Below are positions 18,963 through 28,431 of a DNA stretch of 64,000 nt, in pieces; the stretch's first letter is position 1, and each line of letters starts with the position of its first letter. This DNA comes from a virus (taxonomy: Duplodnaviria > Heunggongvirae > Uroviricota > Caudoviricetes). The stretch covers positions 55,871 through 119,870 of IMG/VR virus record IMGVR_UViG_3300011399_000002. One strand, 5' to 3'. The notes beneath the pieces were generated by a model that searched no databases, was not told the DNA's origin, and was given only the letters and a program-made list of their open reading frames with translations. Position numbers and translations under genes: made by a program.

Positions 18963-19162
18963 TGGTACACGTAGCATTTAGATCAGCAGAAACAGGTCGC
19001 TATCTATTCCATGTAAAATGGCCCGAAGATGAATGGGCTAAGATCGAAGCAGCAGCAGCAGTTATGGGTATCTCTGTTGAAGAGTTTGTCCATCAGGCTA
19101 TTGATGCGTATGCAAAGAAAGTTTTAGGTGACAGTTGGCAACTAGAAACTCCGTCTACCTAA
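18962..19162 (+). CDS. hypothetical protein
   Basis: 66-aa ORF, TAATG overlap. Confidence 0.35.
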   Translation: MVHVAFRSAETGRYLFHVKWPEDEWAKIEAAAAVMGISVEEFVHQAIDAYAKKVLGDSWQLETPST

Positions 19163-19566
19163 AGAACATCAAATCTGATATTGCTATACAGGCAAGAGTA
19201 AAAGCTACTCTGCCTAAAGCAGTAGCAGAGGCAACTGGTATCCCTGAACATAGTCCTGACTCCCATAAGGGTGTCAATATGACAGGGAGTGGTGCAAGAG
19301 CATTCACTGGTGGTATCTGTGATCGTTGCGGGTACCAGTCTAAGAAGTGGATCAAGAATGATCGTTGTATGTCCAAAGTGGATTGCATGTATCGTTCTAC
19401 CCATCCTGAGACTAATGTGCTACCTTACTGGTATCAGTACGGGGAACACATTCCGATGATGCTTGCAGAGAAGATGGAAGAGTCTAATAAATCTCAGGCT
19501 TGGACAGCCGAAGAGATTGACAATCAGATCGAGTACATCACAGAAAGGTTTGATCTAAATGGATGA
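19135..19566 (+). CDS. hypothetical Cys-containing protein
   Basis: CDRCGYQSKKW...CMSKVDC. Confidence 0.4.
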   Translation: MATRNSVYLKNIKSDIAIQARVKATLPKAVAEATGIPEHSPDSHKGVNMTGSGARAFTGGICDRCGYQSKKWIKNDRCMSKVDCMYRSTHPETNVLPYWYQYGEHIPMMLAEKMEESNKSQAWTAEEIDNQIEYITERFDLNG

Positions 19567-19707
19567 AGAAATCTGCACCCATGATGGTATCGAGGATGCA
19601 AGTGATTGTCCTCATGCAACACAAGTAGAGTTTGCATTGGAGGATGCTGATATTAGTAATCCTCCTGATGAGGTAACTTGGTATCCAATCAATGATCCTA
19701 GTGCTAG

Positions 19708-19920
19708 TTGGAACCTACCGAAATGAAAGAGAAATTTAAACTAGCCACCTATCAAATCTCAATTACTGCCCCTATCTCTTGGAATGATGAGCAAGCAGAG
19801 CATATTCTCAATCAACTAGAGGCTAGGGCCATAGATGAGCAAATCGAAAGTCTACTAGTAGCTACAATCAATGATCTTGATGGTGGCGATATGCTAGAAG
19901 TTATGTGGTCTGCTTCATGA
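19708..19920 (+). CDS. hypothetical protein
   Basis: 70-aa ORF. Confidence 0.35.
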   Translation: MEPTEMKEKFKLATYQISITAPISWNDEQAEHILNQLEARAIDEQIESLLVATINDLDGGDMLEVMWSAS

Positions 19921-20318
19921 GTAGGTACCGCGATCCGTTTGATGTTGCGAAGAAGATAGCGGGTAAGACTGATCCTCAGGTTACTCGTTATCTTCATAGC
20001 AGCGTTATTCTAGACAGAAATGGGAGAATTATTGGAACTGGTGTAAATCATTATGATGGCAAGGTAATCACAGCAGATGATACTGGCTTGCCCCTTGATA
20101 AAAGCATCCATAGTGAAGTCCATGCACTAACAAAGGTAGGTGTAAGGAAGCTACAGGGCGCAACAATCATCAACTATAGTAAGACAAACGTAGCAAGTAA
20201 TCTATCGTATCCTTGCCCAAACTGCTATGCAGTATTGAAGAAGTTGGGCTTTAGGAAACTATTCTATTCGATCCGTAGTGATCTAAACAACACAGTATGG
20301 AATGAGGAAAAATTCTAA
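19905..20318 (+). CDS. CDA-fold deaminase (second deaminase-like gene)
   Basis: HSEVHAL ... PCPNCYAVL zinc motifs, 137 aa. Confidence 0.55.
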   Translation: MVCFMSRYRDPFDVAKKIAGKTDPQVTRYLHSSVILDRNGRIIGTGVNHYDGKVITADDTGLPLDKSIHSEVHALTKVGVRKLQGATIINYSKTNVASNLSYPCPNCYAVLKKLGFRKLFYSIRSDLNNTVWNEEKF

Positions 20319-20457
20319 TGGCTAATCCGTGTGGTACGTCTTTCGGTCACGATGGTTGTGGCTTTACCTTTACTGATAGCAATAAGGGTAAGGAATTCCG
20401 CAAGGAAGTCCCCAACAGCAAGGATAAGAAGGAAGAGAAGAAGGAAGAGAAGAAGTA

Positions 20458-20664
20458 ATGACTGACACAGATGTAATGGACAGCCTAGAGGGTATGTCCA
20501 AGTATCTCGTAGTTTTGGATAATGGTCAGTCCAATATTTATTGGGCAGATCATTATATCCACGCTATGGAACAGTCAGATAATGCAAATCCAGATAACGC
20601 AGTAGTTGGAGTCTACGTTCTAACTCTGGTTTATCCCTACCCAGCAGCCGCAGGAAGGCAGTAA
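20458..20664 (+). CDS. hypothetical protein
   Basis: 68-aa ORF. Confidence 0.35.
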   Translation: MTDTDVMDSLEGMSKYLVVLDNGQSNIYWADHYIHAMEQSDNANPDNAVVGVYVLTLVYPYPAAAGRQ

Positions 20665-20666
20665 CA

Positions 20667-21203
20667 ATGGAAGACCTTCATATCGTTAGGTATTGCGCAG
20701 AGGAGTGCGTTAGGCAGGGAAAGTCTGATCCTATGTCTACGTATGATATGTGTAATGCTTGGGATTACGCTCAGAAGATTAGTCAGCATTGTGTGAATTG
20801 TCTGCCATTTGCAGAGCCGCATGATGTGAAGTACGAGAAGATTAATCTGGATTTTATCGAGCATCTTGGTTCTCTGGTTGAGCCTAAGATGAATAAGAAG
20901 GGATTTCGTACTATCCCAATTGGTATCCGTAGTGGATATGGTTGGATTGAGAAGGCCGCTTGGGAAAGGGTTCCTGAGTTGCTTACTGAACTTATTGCAG
21001 CATACTACGAGGACAGGCTGATGAATATGCAGACCAATCCTCTTAGTAAGAATGCTAATGATGAGTTCTATTTTCACTATGAGGAAATCCATCCATTTCG
21101 GGATGGAAATGGTAGAACTGGAAAGATTTTGTACAATTATCTGAATGGTACGCTAGACAATCCTATCATGCCTCCGAATTTTTGGGGAAGTAGTAATCCC
21201 TGA
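20667..21203 (+). CDS. Fic/Doc family protein
   Basis: Fic core HPFRDGNGRTGK. Confidence 0.7.
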   Translation: MEDLHIVRYCAEECVRQGKSDPMSTYDMCNAWDYAQKISQHCVNCLPFAEPHDVKYEKINLDFIEHLGSLVEPKMNKKGFRTIPIGIRSGYGWIEKAAWERVPELLTELIAAYYEDRLMNMQTNPLSKNANDEFYFHYEEIHPFRDGNGRTGKILYNYLNGTLDNPIMPPNFWGSSNP

Positions 21204-21215
21204 AAGGATAATCTA

Positions 21216-21620
21216 TTGACAATTTCACTACAACAGTTGATGAAACGTGATAAGCAAATATGTCACGTATGCGAGAAACGAGTAGAAAGACTATCCGAAG
21301 CCTCGCGTGATCATAAAACCCCAAAGAAGTATGGGGGCACCAATAATCCTGAAAATCTAGCACTAGCACATAAATGGTGTAACAAAGAAAAGGGTCATAA
21401 GATATTCCGTGCAGAACAGCATGGAACAGGATGGGTTGTAGTATCCCCTGATGGAGATATAGCATCAGATGAATATGAAACACACGTAGAAGCATTTGAA
21501 ATTGCACAAGCCATGAACGGAGATAAGATGTACATGGATGACAATTACGGAAGTAAGGGAGCCTATGAGCAGGGATCGGATATTATCATCATCCGTAGAG
21601 CATCGGATAATCCAATGTAG
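21216..21620 (+). CDS. HNH endonuclease
   Basis: CHVCEKR ... DHKTPKKYGGTNNPENLALAHKWCNKEKG HNH motif. Confidence 0.7.
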   Translation: MTISLQQLMKRDKQICHVCEKRVERLSEASRDHKTPKKYGGTNNPENLALAHKWCNKEKGHKIFRAEQHGTGWVVVSPDGDIASDEYETHVEAFEIAQAMNGDKMYMDDNYGSKGAYEQGSDIIIIRRASDNPM

Positions 21621-21845
21621 GAGCGTTTACGGTAAGAAAGAGGAGTGTAATCAGATAGATGGGTCCGCAAGAATAAAAGAGGCCCGTGGTCTACAAAAGA
21701 TGCACTTCAATAGCCACCTAGAAATGCTCTATCATCACGAAATGTATGAGTTGTGGAGTGAGTGGGAAGTCTTTGAGGATGAGTTTACCCTTCTTGGGTA
21801 TGATAGTGATCATAATATTATCTATAGTTACAAGGTAATTATGGA

Positions 21846-21971
21846 ATGAGTGCACTCACAATTGTACTCTTTGTAATTGCTATCACTCTTTCAGTATATC
21901 TAGCAGCCATATACTTTGATGGATACATGGAGAGAAGGCGCGCAAGAAAGAGGAACCCTAAAAGGTGGTAG
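21846..21971 (+). CDS. small transmembrane peptide
   Basis: 41 aa, one TM helix then RRRARKR. Confidence 0.3.
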   Translation: MSALTIVLFVIAITLSVYLAAIYFDGYMERRRARKRNPKRW

Positions 21972-22095
21972 ACAAACACGCAGACAGTAGAGATAAGAAG
22001 AAGCACAAAGAACGCTACGGTATGCAGGTAAGCAATCGTAGCATCAAAACAGTGATCCTAGTAGAGTTAGGCAAGAAGAAGAAAAGGAAGAAGAA

Positions 22096-22380
22096 GTGAA
22101 TTGTGCATCTTGTGGAACAGAATTGAAACTTGTATTCGATGCTCATATGCGTCGTAGGGATGATTATACAACGCAATATGAGAACGCTCTAGCCGTCCAA
22201 TTTACAGGCGGCTATGGAATGTTCGATGATCCGGTAGAAAAAATCTTTGGCGACCCGTTTTATGAACGGAATCAAACATTGATTCTGTGCCATGATTGTG
22301 CACACAATCTTGTGGAGAATAATCCTTGGATTCGTAAAGTTGTAAACGATAAGCAGAGTCATACTCATTTTGAGGATTGA
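22096..22380 (+). CDS. hypothetical zinc-ribbon protein
   Basis: GTG start; CASCG ... CHDCAHN. Confidence 0.4.
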   Translation: MNCASCGTELKLVFDAHMRRRDDYTTQYENALAVQFTGGYGMFDDPVEKIFGDPFYERNQTLILCHDCAHNLVENNPWIRKVVNDKQSHTHFED

Positions 22381-22452
22381 ATTACGATTTGATCGCAGTT
22401 ACATAAGCACCTAGTCAATTGTATCCTATTCAATAAAGGTAAGGAAATATAC

Positions 22453-23565
22453 ATGGGTACCAGTCACTACGCAGTCGCAGATCATTTTGCAAGGCGTTCC
22501 TCCTCTAATGATAAGAAGGGAAACAACGTCTATACTGGTCGTGAAAACACACACATTTATTCCTACGGTCCTCACTTTGTAATGGCCTACGCTGATGATG
22601 AGCGTAAACTGGTCATTGTGAATGGGGATCGGTACGGAGTTACTACGTCCCGTCATCAATCAATTACCCGCAGCGCACTTCGTACCTATCTCCCGAAGGA
22701 TTACCGTGAGATTACGGTACCGTATAGTGTCCTACGTTCAGCAGGAGTTGAGTATCAGTCTGTTGATCCTGTTGCAGTAGACGTTGATTTTGAGGATGCT
22801 CGTTGTATTAAGCATAATGAAGTCTTTTACTCTGATGAGTGGGATACTGCATATGTTCGTATGAATGAGCATATCCGTGAGAATGGCTACACTAATTGTG
22901 AAACCAAGTATGAGCATAGGCTTGGTGGTAGTGTATTCCGTGCCAAGATGCCTAAGTATCATGGGTCTATTCTTGGTACAGCGGATAAGAATGGTTGGGT
23001 GTATTTCCTGAGTGCATTCGATGACACTCATAACAGGAATACCGATGGCTATTTCGTATCTCAACTGCGTCGTCCAGTAAAGACTGTTGCAGAAGCATTT
23101 GATAGTCTAAAGCCTCTAGAGGTTCGTAAGGCTATTGCCGCTGGTCTAGATGTAAAGCGTCAGGGTGATGCATTCGCTATCCCTGTTGCTGATCTAAAGG
23201 TTCGCAAGATGGCCCGTAGTAAGGCTACTCTTGAAGATCATTATGCTAACGCATACTTTGATGAGAACGATAAGGTTGTAACTGGTCGTTATGCTTGGCA
23301 TGGTGGTACTTGGAAGTATGGTCTAGTAGGTAAGACTCTAGATGTTCCAATGTTTCCGAATTGGCCCAGTAATAGGCAGTCTCATGGTGCAAGTGAAATT
23401 GCTGTAGATAGGTTCAATAGGGTTTATGCAAGGGGTTCGATGTATCATCGCCCCCAGTTTAGGAACCCTGAGCATATCCGTATCTCTCTAGGCAAAGTTT
23501 GGCATAGAATTGTTCAGAATACAGCAGTTGCTTCTTGGCAAGCAACTACTGCGAGGGTTGACTAA
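22453..23565 (+). CDS. hypothetical protein (largest ORF of the small-gene region)
   Basis: 370 aa, good RBS AAGGTAAGGA; no recognised motif. Confidence 0.55.
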   Translation: MGTSHYAVADHFARRSSSNDKKGNNVYTGRENTHIYSYGPHFVMAYADDERKLVIVNGDRYGVTTSRHQSITRSALRTYLPKDYREITVPYSVLRSAGVEYQSVDPVAVDVDFEDARCIKHNEVFYSDEWDTAYVRMNEHIRENGYTNCETKYEHRLGGSVFRAKMPKYHGSILGTADKNGWVYFLSAFDDTHNRNTDGYFVSQLRRPVKTVAEAFDSLKPLEVRKAIAAGLDVKRQGDAFAIPVADLKVRKMARSKATLEDHYANAYFDENDKVVTGRYAWHGGTWKYGLVGKTLDVPMFPNWPSNRQSHGASEIAVDRFNRVYARGSMYHRPQFRNPEHIRISLGKVWHRIVQNTAVASWQATTARVD

Positions 23566-23594
23566 AAGAATCCCCATACTAAAGGTCCCAGCCT

Positions 23595-24257
23595 ATGAAC
23601 ACCCCAAACATTATCCAGTACGCACCACTATTTGATGCTGCTGGCGCAAAGATTAATCTCGTAACTTCTAATCTATCCTGTGAGATAGCAGAGTATCCAA
23701 AGAATAAGAAAACCGTTATTGACAATGCAGTATCAGATATATCGAGGTTTCTAGACACACGTACATATGTTGACGGTATGGCAATTTGGGCTATTGCTGA
23801 TAGCATCGATGGCATTGATAATCCTCTTAGTAGGGATAGTAGAAATGCTATCCTTACCGCACTAGGGTTAGTCAAAGAAGGTAAGTATATTTATCAGGTA
23901 CTAGCAACAGCTAAGATCAATAAATCTTGGCATACAAGCGAAGAACCCAATGAATGTACATACTTCGGTGAAATGTGTACACATAGAGGTAGCGTAGATG
24001 TGAAGGGTAAACGTGGTAGGAAGGCTACACGTTTACCTAACGAGTATCATCCAGAGAAGAGTAATGGCATAATAAATCGGGAGCAACTAACAACCCCGTC
24101 TATTGAGGCTCTATGGCATTCAATTCCAGATGGTACACTAGTTGCTGCATCTAAACCTAAGACTACATTTAGACTAGATGAGATTGCTTCTCTAAAGCCT
24201 GAGGAACTAGCAGAACTAATGGATCGTATCAATAAGGTGCAAGCAAGTGCAACTTGA
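23595..24257 (+). CDS. hypothetical protein
   Basis: 220-aa ORF. Confidence 0.5.
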   Translation: MNTPNIIQYAPLFDAAGAKINLVTSNLSCEIAEYPKNKKTVIDNAVSDISRFLDTRTYVDGMAIWAIADSIDGIDNPLSRDSRNAILTALGLVKEGKYIYQVLATAKINKSWHTSEEPNECTYFGEMCTHRGSVDVKGKRGRKATRLPNEYHPEKSNGIINREQLTTPSIEALWHSIPDGTLVAASKPKTTFRLDEIASLKPEELAELMDRINKVQASAT

Positions 24258-24438
24258 TCTTAGACTCACAGTCATTGAAATGGATAAACGTGGGAAAGAG
24301 ATAAAAGACTTTGACTCTGATAAATCTTTGGAAGATGATCTAACCTCTGATATCCTCTATTATTTGGAGGAATATCAAACAGAGGTTGATGGTCGTAAGT
24401 TTTGTATACTAGTTAGTTGGGAACAACCAGTAAAATGA
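24247..24438 (+). CDS. hypothetical protein
   Basis: 63-aa ORF. Confidence 0.35.
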   Translation: MQLDLRLTVIEMDKRGKEIKDFDSDKSLEDDLTSDILYYLEEYQTEVDGRKFCILVSWEQPVK

Positions 24439-24824
24439 TTACTCACCCGCTTATGAAATGTGGTCATGTTGCACAAGGGCATGATCAGGATAAAAACCCT
24501 GTCTGTGTAATCTGTATTGGTCTAACAACTGATGCAGAAATTGTAGCAGAGCAAATCTCACTAGATGGTAGATTTGCTAGATGTGCATATATACATGATG
24601 AAGAGCAGGTTGGTATTCCTTCCTCATATGATCTAGCATTCTTTGAGTATCGGGGACCGGGATCACCTTATGCTACTACTATGTGTACTTGTGGATATAC
24701 CGAAGGTGCACATATCAAAGTAGCATCAGGAGAGATTAGGAATATGAACGTGTGTGCAAATTTTACACCAAGAGGCCCAGCAGAATTCGACACCTACTAC
24801 GATGGTTGTCGGGGATGGGATTGA
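24435..24824 (+). CDS. hypothetical Cys-rich protein, paralog family C
   Basis: MKCGHV ... PVCVICI ... TYYDGCRG shared with minus-strand ORF 11944-12225. Confidence 0.45.
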   Translation: MITHPLMKCGHVAQGHDQDKNPVCVICIGLTTDAEIVAEQISLDGRFARCAYIHDEEQVGIPSSYDLAFFEYRGPGSPYATTMCTCGYTEGAHIKVASGEIRNMNVCANFTPRGPAEFDTYYDGCRGWD

Positions 24825-24828
24825 TGTA

Positions 24829-25035
24829 ATGGATAGTCTACCTAAGACCACATACTTTGTAACCTGTATCATCGAACTAGATGATGAGGTTGAGGCTATC
24901 TCAGAGCATGATGCAGGAGAGACTGCCATTAGATCATTCATCGATACAATCAATACACTAGATAATGCTGGTGATCTTCATAAGTACGTTCAGTGTATGG
25001 TAACAGAAGTAGAGCAGCCCTTTGACGAAATTTAA
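24829..25035 (+). CDS. hypothetical acidic protein
   Basis: Start moved to ATG 24829 just after upstream stop. Confidence 0.4.
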   Translation: MDSLPKTTYFVTCIIELDDEVEAISEHDAGETAIRSFIDTINTLDNAGDLHKYVQCMVTEVEQPFDEI

Positions 25036-25158
25036 GCACATTCTAGGAGTAATACTATATCTGGAGATTGTATTCCTTCTAGCACCACAACTATATAGTA
25101 TTCTATGGGACTTGTTCCCCATGATAATCGAAGCATATAGAATGAAAGGAATTCTACC

Positions 25159-25410
25159 GTGACTCAGGGTATCTTTCTAAAGGATTATACTCGCCCCAAG
25201 TTTGGTAAGACAGCAATTGAGGCAATCAAAGAGGACCCATCAACAGTTTATCTAGAGGCTACCTCATTCTTTGGTAATGAGTATGAGGGACCAGTTAGCG
25301 AGATGCCAGAGAATAAGACCGTCTATGTAGTTGGTCCTGATCCTGAGCGCAAGCGCAATTGGTATATCAATATTACAAGGATCGGAGATAAGTATGTCTT
25401 CAACAAGTGA
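25159..25410 (+). CDS. hypothetical protein
   Basis: 83-aa ORF. Confidence 0.4.
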   Translation: MTQGIFLKDYTRPKFGKTAIEAIKEDPSTVYLEATSFFGNEYEGPVSEMPENKTVYVVGPDPERKRNWYINITRIGDKYVFNK

Positions 25411-25411
25411 A

Positions 25412-25699
25412 ATGATCGATCTTGGGGACGATGGTATTACCACCTTCCATGAGGTCCCGCTAACCGATGTAGATATCACAACTATGGAGGTTTCGCATAA
25501 CCGTCCCATTTGGCTCCTGACCCGTGTAGGATCGATTGAGACAGGCGTTTATGCTGGAAGTGAGGTTTGGGTACCCGGTAAGGTAATTGCATTCGATATG
25601 TTCAAGGAAGGTGAGTTCATTGGTAGTGCTACTATTGAACTATCTGAACTAGTCAAGTTTGCACTTGCTGCAATTGAGAGGGCACCTAAGCATGAGTGA
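25412..25699 (+). CDS. hypothetical protein
   Basis: Start moved to ATG 25412 immediately after upstream TGA. Confidence 0.4.
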   Translation: MIDLGDDGITTFHEVPLTDVDITTMEVSHNRPIWLLTRVGSIETGVYAGSEVWVPGKVIAFDMFKEGEFIGSATIELSELVKFALAAIERAPKHE

Positions 25700-25916
25700 T
25701 AATATCGTCTTTAGTAAGTTGGATGAGACTGGTGGTGTCACAGAAGTTAGGGTACTAACTTTAGACACCATTAGTAAATGTCCTACTCTTGTATTTCTTC
25801 CCGATCATTATCGGGAAGATGGCACCTGTAGGCATGATGAACCTAATTGTGAAGAAGACAACTGCACAAATCTAAAGTATGAGGAAGAGATTTTCTGTGA
25901 GCAGCACTGCTATTGA
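25692..25916 (+). CDS. hypothetical Cys-rich protein
   Basis: ATGAGTGA overlap; CRHDEPNCEEDNC...CEQHC. Confidence 0.4.
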   Translation: MSDNIVFSKLDETGGVTEVRVLTLDTISKCPTLVFLPDHYREDGTCRHDEPNCEEDNCTNLKYEEEIFCEQHCY

Positions 25917-26481
25917 AACTGTAGGTAAGTATCCTACACAAGAACTACTGGACATTTTATCTACTGGTGTAGAGTGGTCAGCATCTAACTTTTGGGCGCA
26001 AATCGAAAAGTATAAGTGGTACTGGTGGTATGTATGTGATGAGAAGGGAGAGCCGCTTTATCCAGATAAAATTAATCCAGAACTAACTCCTGATACCGTA
26101 CTACTAAGGGTGCGGGAGCATGAGTACGATACTGGTAGAGATATCTATTTTCTACAGAAAGTAGATGATCAACTAGTAGCAATGCAGCATCGTAGTGAAG
26201 ATGGGTCTGTAACTACCATCTGTGGTCTAGATTGTAAGGGTGATGATTGGGACTACACTAGTTATAATGCAATTGCAGAGGAGTGTACTACCTGTATCAA
26301 GTGGGTTGATATCACTCTAGCCAACCTAGCAGATGCTACTGATTGGGCGCTAGAAAACTACAATCATCTATTTTCATATAGTGTAAATAACAAGGGTATC
26401 AGGGATGAGATTGATTATGATGTAATTGGTGCAGATGTAATCATTCAGAAGATTGTGCTTGGTGAAGTAACGTATGGATAA
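25879..26481 (+). CDS. hypothetical protein
   Basis: 200-aa ORF. Confidence 0.45.
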   Translation: MRKRFSVSSTAIETVGKYPTQELLDILSTGVEWSASNFWAQIEKYKWYWWYVCDEKGEPLYPDKINPELTPDTVLLRVREHEYDTGRDIYFLQKVDDQLVAMQHRSEDGSVTTICGLDCKGDDWDYTSYNAIAEECTTCIKWVDITLANLADATDWALENYNHLFSYSVNNKGIRDEIDYDVIGADVIIQKIVLGEVTYG

Positions 26482-26644
26482 ATACCTAGTACAAATCGGG
26501 CGCAACAAAAGCGCATACAAAACAAAATGGTCATTCGATAAAGAAGGCCAAGCCTATATGTGGTATACAGGACTAAACGTAGGTAATGGATATAAGAAGC
26601 GCCTAGTCCTTAATGGTAAGACACTAGCAAGAGAGATAACATAA
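26474..26644 (+). CDS. hypothetical small protein
   Basis: 57 aa MDKYLVQIGRNKSAYK..., below ORF-track cutoff, ATGGATAA overlap. Confidence 0.35.
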   Translation: MDKYLVQIGRNKSAYKTKWSFDKEGQAYMWYTGLNVGNGYKKRLVLNGKTLAREIT

Positions 26645-26732
26645 TGGATTACACAGTTATGATTGGTGTAGGGGTAGCATTTGTGCTACTTTGTCTAGCA
26701 ATATTTCTAATTGAGAGTGAGGTTCGGGACTA

Positions 26733-27083
26733 ATGCCTAGGTTCAAGACTCTAACTATGGATGACATTATCAAAGCCGCAGAGATGAATGGCTTTGAATG
26801 GACAAAGAAGAAATATTATAATGGTCGTGGCCCTATCACAGAAGCATGTGTACTAGGACAGATTGCACTAAATACAAAAATTAATCCTAATGACCTTCTA
26901 AGTGCGCTTAATATGGCTATAGGTTACGGTGACTCTGCCAAGATTTGGCACTACAATGACTTTGAGGCTACCTCTTACGAAGACTCTGTTGCTAATCTAA
27001 AGAAGGTTCTTAGTAGTCATCAGGGTAAAGAGATTACAGTAAAGACTCTAACCACAAAGCGCGAAATCATTCGCAAGGGTTGA
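26733..27083 (+). CDS. hypothetical protein, paralog family A (short form)
   Basis: DDIIKAAEMNGFEW ... EACVLGQIALN matches 6172-6795 and 7131-7727. Confidence 0.5.
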   Translation: MPRFKTLTMDDIIKAAEMNGFEWTKKKYYNGRGPITEACVLGQIALNTKINPNDLLSALNMAIGYGDSAKIWHYNDFEATSYEDSVANLKKVLSSHQGKEITVKTLTTKREIIRKG

Positions 27084-27099
27084 ACTTTAGACAGATGAA

Positions 27100-27315
27100 A
27101 TGGTACCTTTGATACCGACAGTCGGGACACCTGAAAAAGATATGACACTACTTGAATTTCTTACAGAGTTTGGAATTGGCTTTGATACTCAAAGTGATAA
27201 CATTGAGTATGAAGTGGTTGCTGAATGGTACGGTGAGGAACAACTAGTTGTAGTTGGTCTTAGATTTGATCATCAGGAAAAGAGGATTATCATTGAGGTA
27301 GAGGATGCTACGTAA
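27100..27315 (+). CDS. hypothetical acidic protein
   Basis: 71-aa ORF. Confidence 0.35.
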   Translation: MVPLIPTVGTPEKDMTLLEFLTEFGIGFDTQSDNIEYEVVAEWYGEEQLVVVGLRFDHQEKRIIIEVEDAT

Positions 27316-27559
27316 GAAATACACAATCACGTTTGATCCTTGGGTAGGTAGGAATTCTACTATTGTAGAGACTAGATCAATTCCTTGGATTATCTGGCTC
27401 ATTGATAAGTGGTTCCTTTGGGCGCATGAATGGCCTTGGTTAATCAATAAAGACTGGTTCATTAAGAGCCGTTGGGCTAAGGTATTCTGTACTCCATATA
27501 CATACGTTTCTAACTGGTCCTTTGGATTTGAGAGGATAGATAAGAGTGAAGTACATTAA
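27305..27559 (+). CDS. hypothetical Trp-rich protein
   Basis: 84 aa, unusually W-rich. Confidence 0.3.
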   Translation: MLRKKYTITFDPWVGRNSTIVETRSIPWIIWLIDKWFLWAHEWPWLINKDWFIKSRWAKVFCTPYTYVSNWSFGFERIDKSEVH

Positions 27560-27809
27560 TATTGAAGTTAGACCTGAGGATGCTGTAGGTGCTATTCCCT
27601 ATAACTCTCAGTATTGTCCTGTTGCTAGAGCATTGAAGCGTACATATCCTCTAGTATCTTTAGATGATATCCATGTGGGTACTAGGCAATTGGTACTCAA
27701 AGAGAGAAAGTATTTGCACTCTCATAAGTTGAGTGAGGTTATCGCAACATATGATGAGACTGGTGAATTTCACTATGCTACATATAGGGCATTTCTAATA
27801 GATGAGTAA
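27546..27809 (+). CDS. hypothetical protein
   Basis: 87-aa ORF. Confidence 0.4.
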   Translation: MKYINIEVRPEDAVGAIPYNSQYCPVARALKRTYPLVSLDDIHVGTRQLVLKERKYLHSHKLSEVIATYDETGEFHYATYRAFLIDE

Positions 27810-28005
27810 GAAGCAGTACAAGATATCCCAAGCAGAATATTGGGTACGTGATTACTTCATTATGGCAGAATCTAAAAAGGAAGCCCGTATTATCTATGAC
27901 AGATATCTAATTAATGGTAATATGGATAAGATCGATAGGGTTAGCGATCCTGATTTCCTAAACGATATTCAGGGTGACGTTGAGGTTACTGAACATGCAT
28001 CCTGA
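27802..28005 (+). CDS. hypothetical protein
   Basis: 67-aa ORF. Confidence 0.35.
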   Translation: MSKKQYKISQAEYWVRDYFIMAESKKEARIIYDRYLINGNMDKIDRVSDPDFLNDIQGDVEVTEHAS

Positions 28006-28228
28006 CGCTATTGAAGCCTATGCCATTGGTTATTACTACGGTAGAACCATTGGCTCTGATGAAGATGGCCGCATAGAACTAGAAACCAGATTCTCTAGTT
28101 TCACTACATATGAACAGATGAAATCTGGATTTAAACATGGTTATGAGCGTGGTGTATCAGACTACGTTGACTTTGATGAAATACATGAAGGAACCTTAAC
28201 AGATAAGATTAATAGGGAGTTTGGATGA
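27995..28228 (+). CDS. hypothetical protein
   Basis: Start at ATG 27995 (MHPDAIEAYAIGYYYG). Confidence 0.4.
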   Translation: MHPDAIEAYAIGYYYGRTIGSDEDGRIELETRFSSFTTYEQMKSGFKHGYERGVSDYVDFDEIHEGTLTDKINREFG

Positions 28229-28431
28229 GTGCATACTATGAACTCATTAGAACTGAGTTTATCAACTTTGAGTATTCAGGTGAGAGTATTCAAGTTTGTC
28301 TAAATTGTGGTATAGAGATACAGGATGGTGAACGTATTCTAAGAGAAGTATTTAGAGTTATGGGGCATGATGATCATCTAGTATCTCTATGGCATATTCC
28401 TTGTTGGTATAGTGTGGAGACTGTAGAGTGA
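28225..28431 (+). CDS. hypothetical protein
   Basis: 68 aa, ATGA overlap. Confidence 0.4.
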   Translation: MSAYYELIRTEFINFEYSGESIQVCLNCGIEIQDGERILREVFRVMGHDDHLVSLWHIPCWYSVETVE

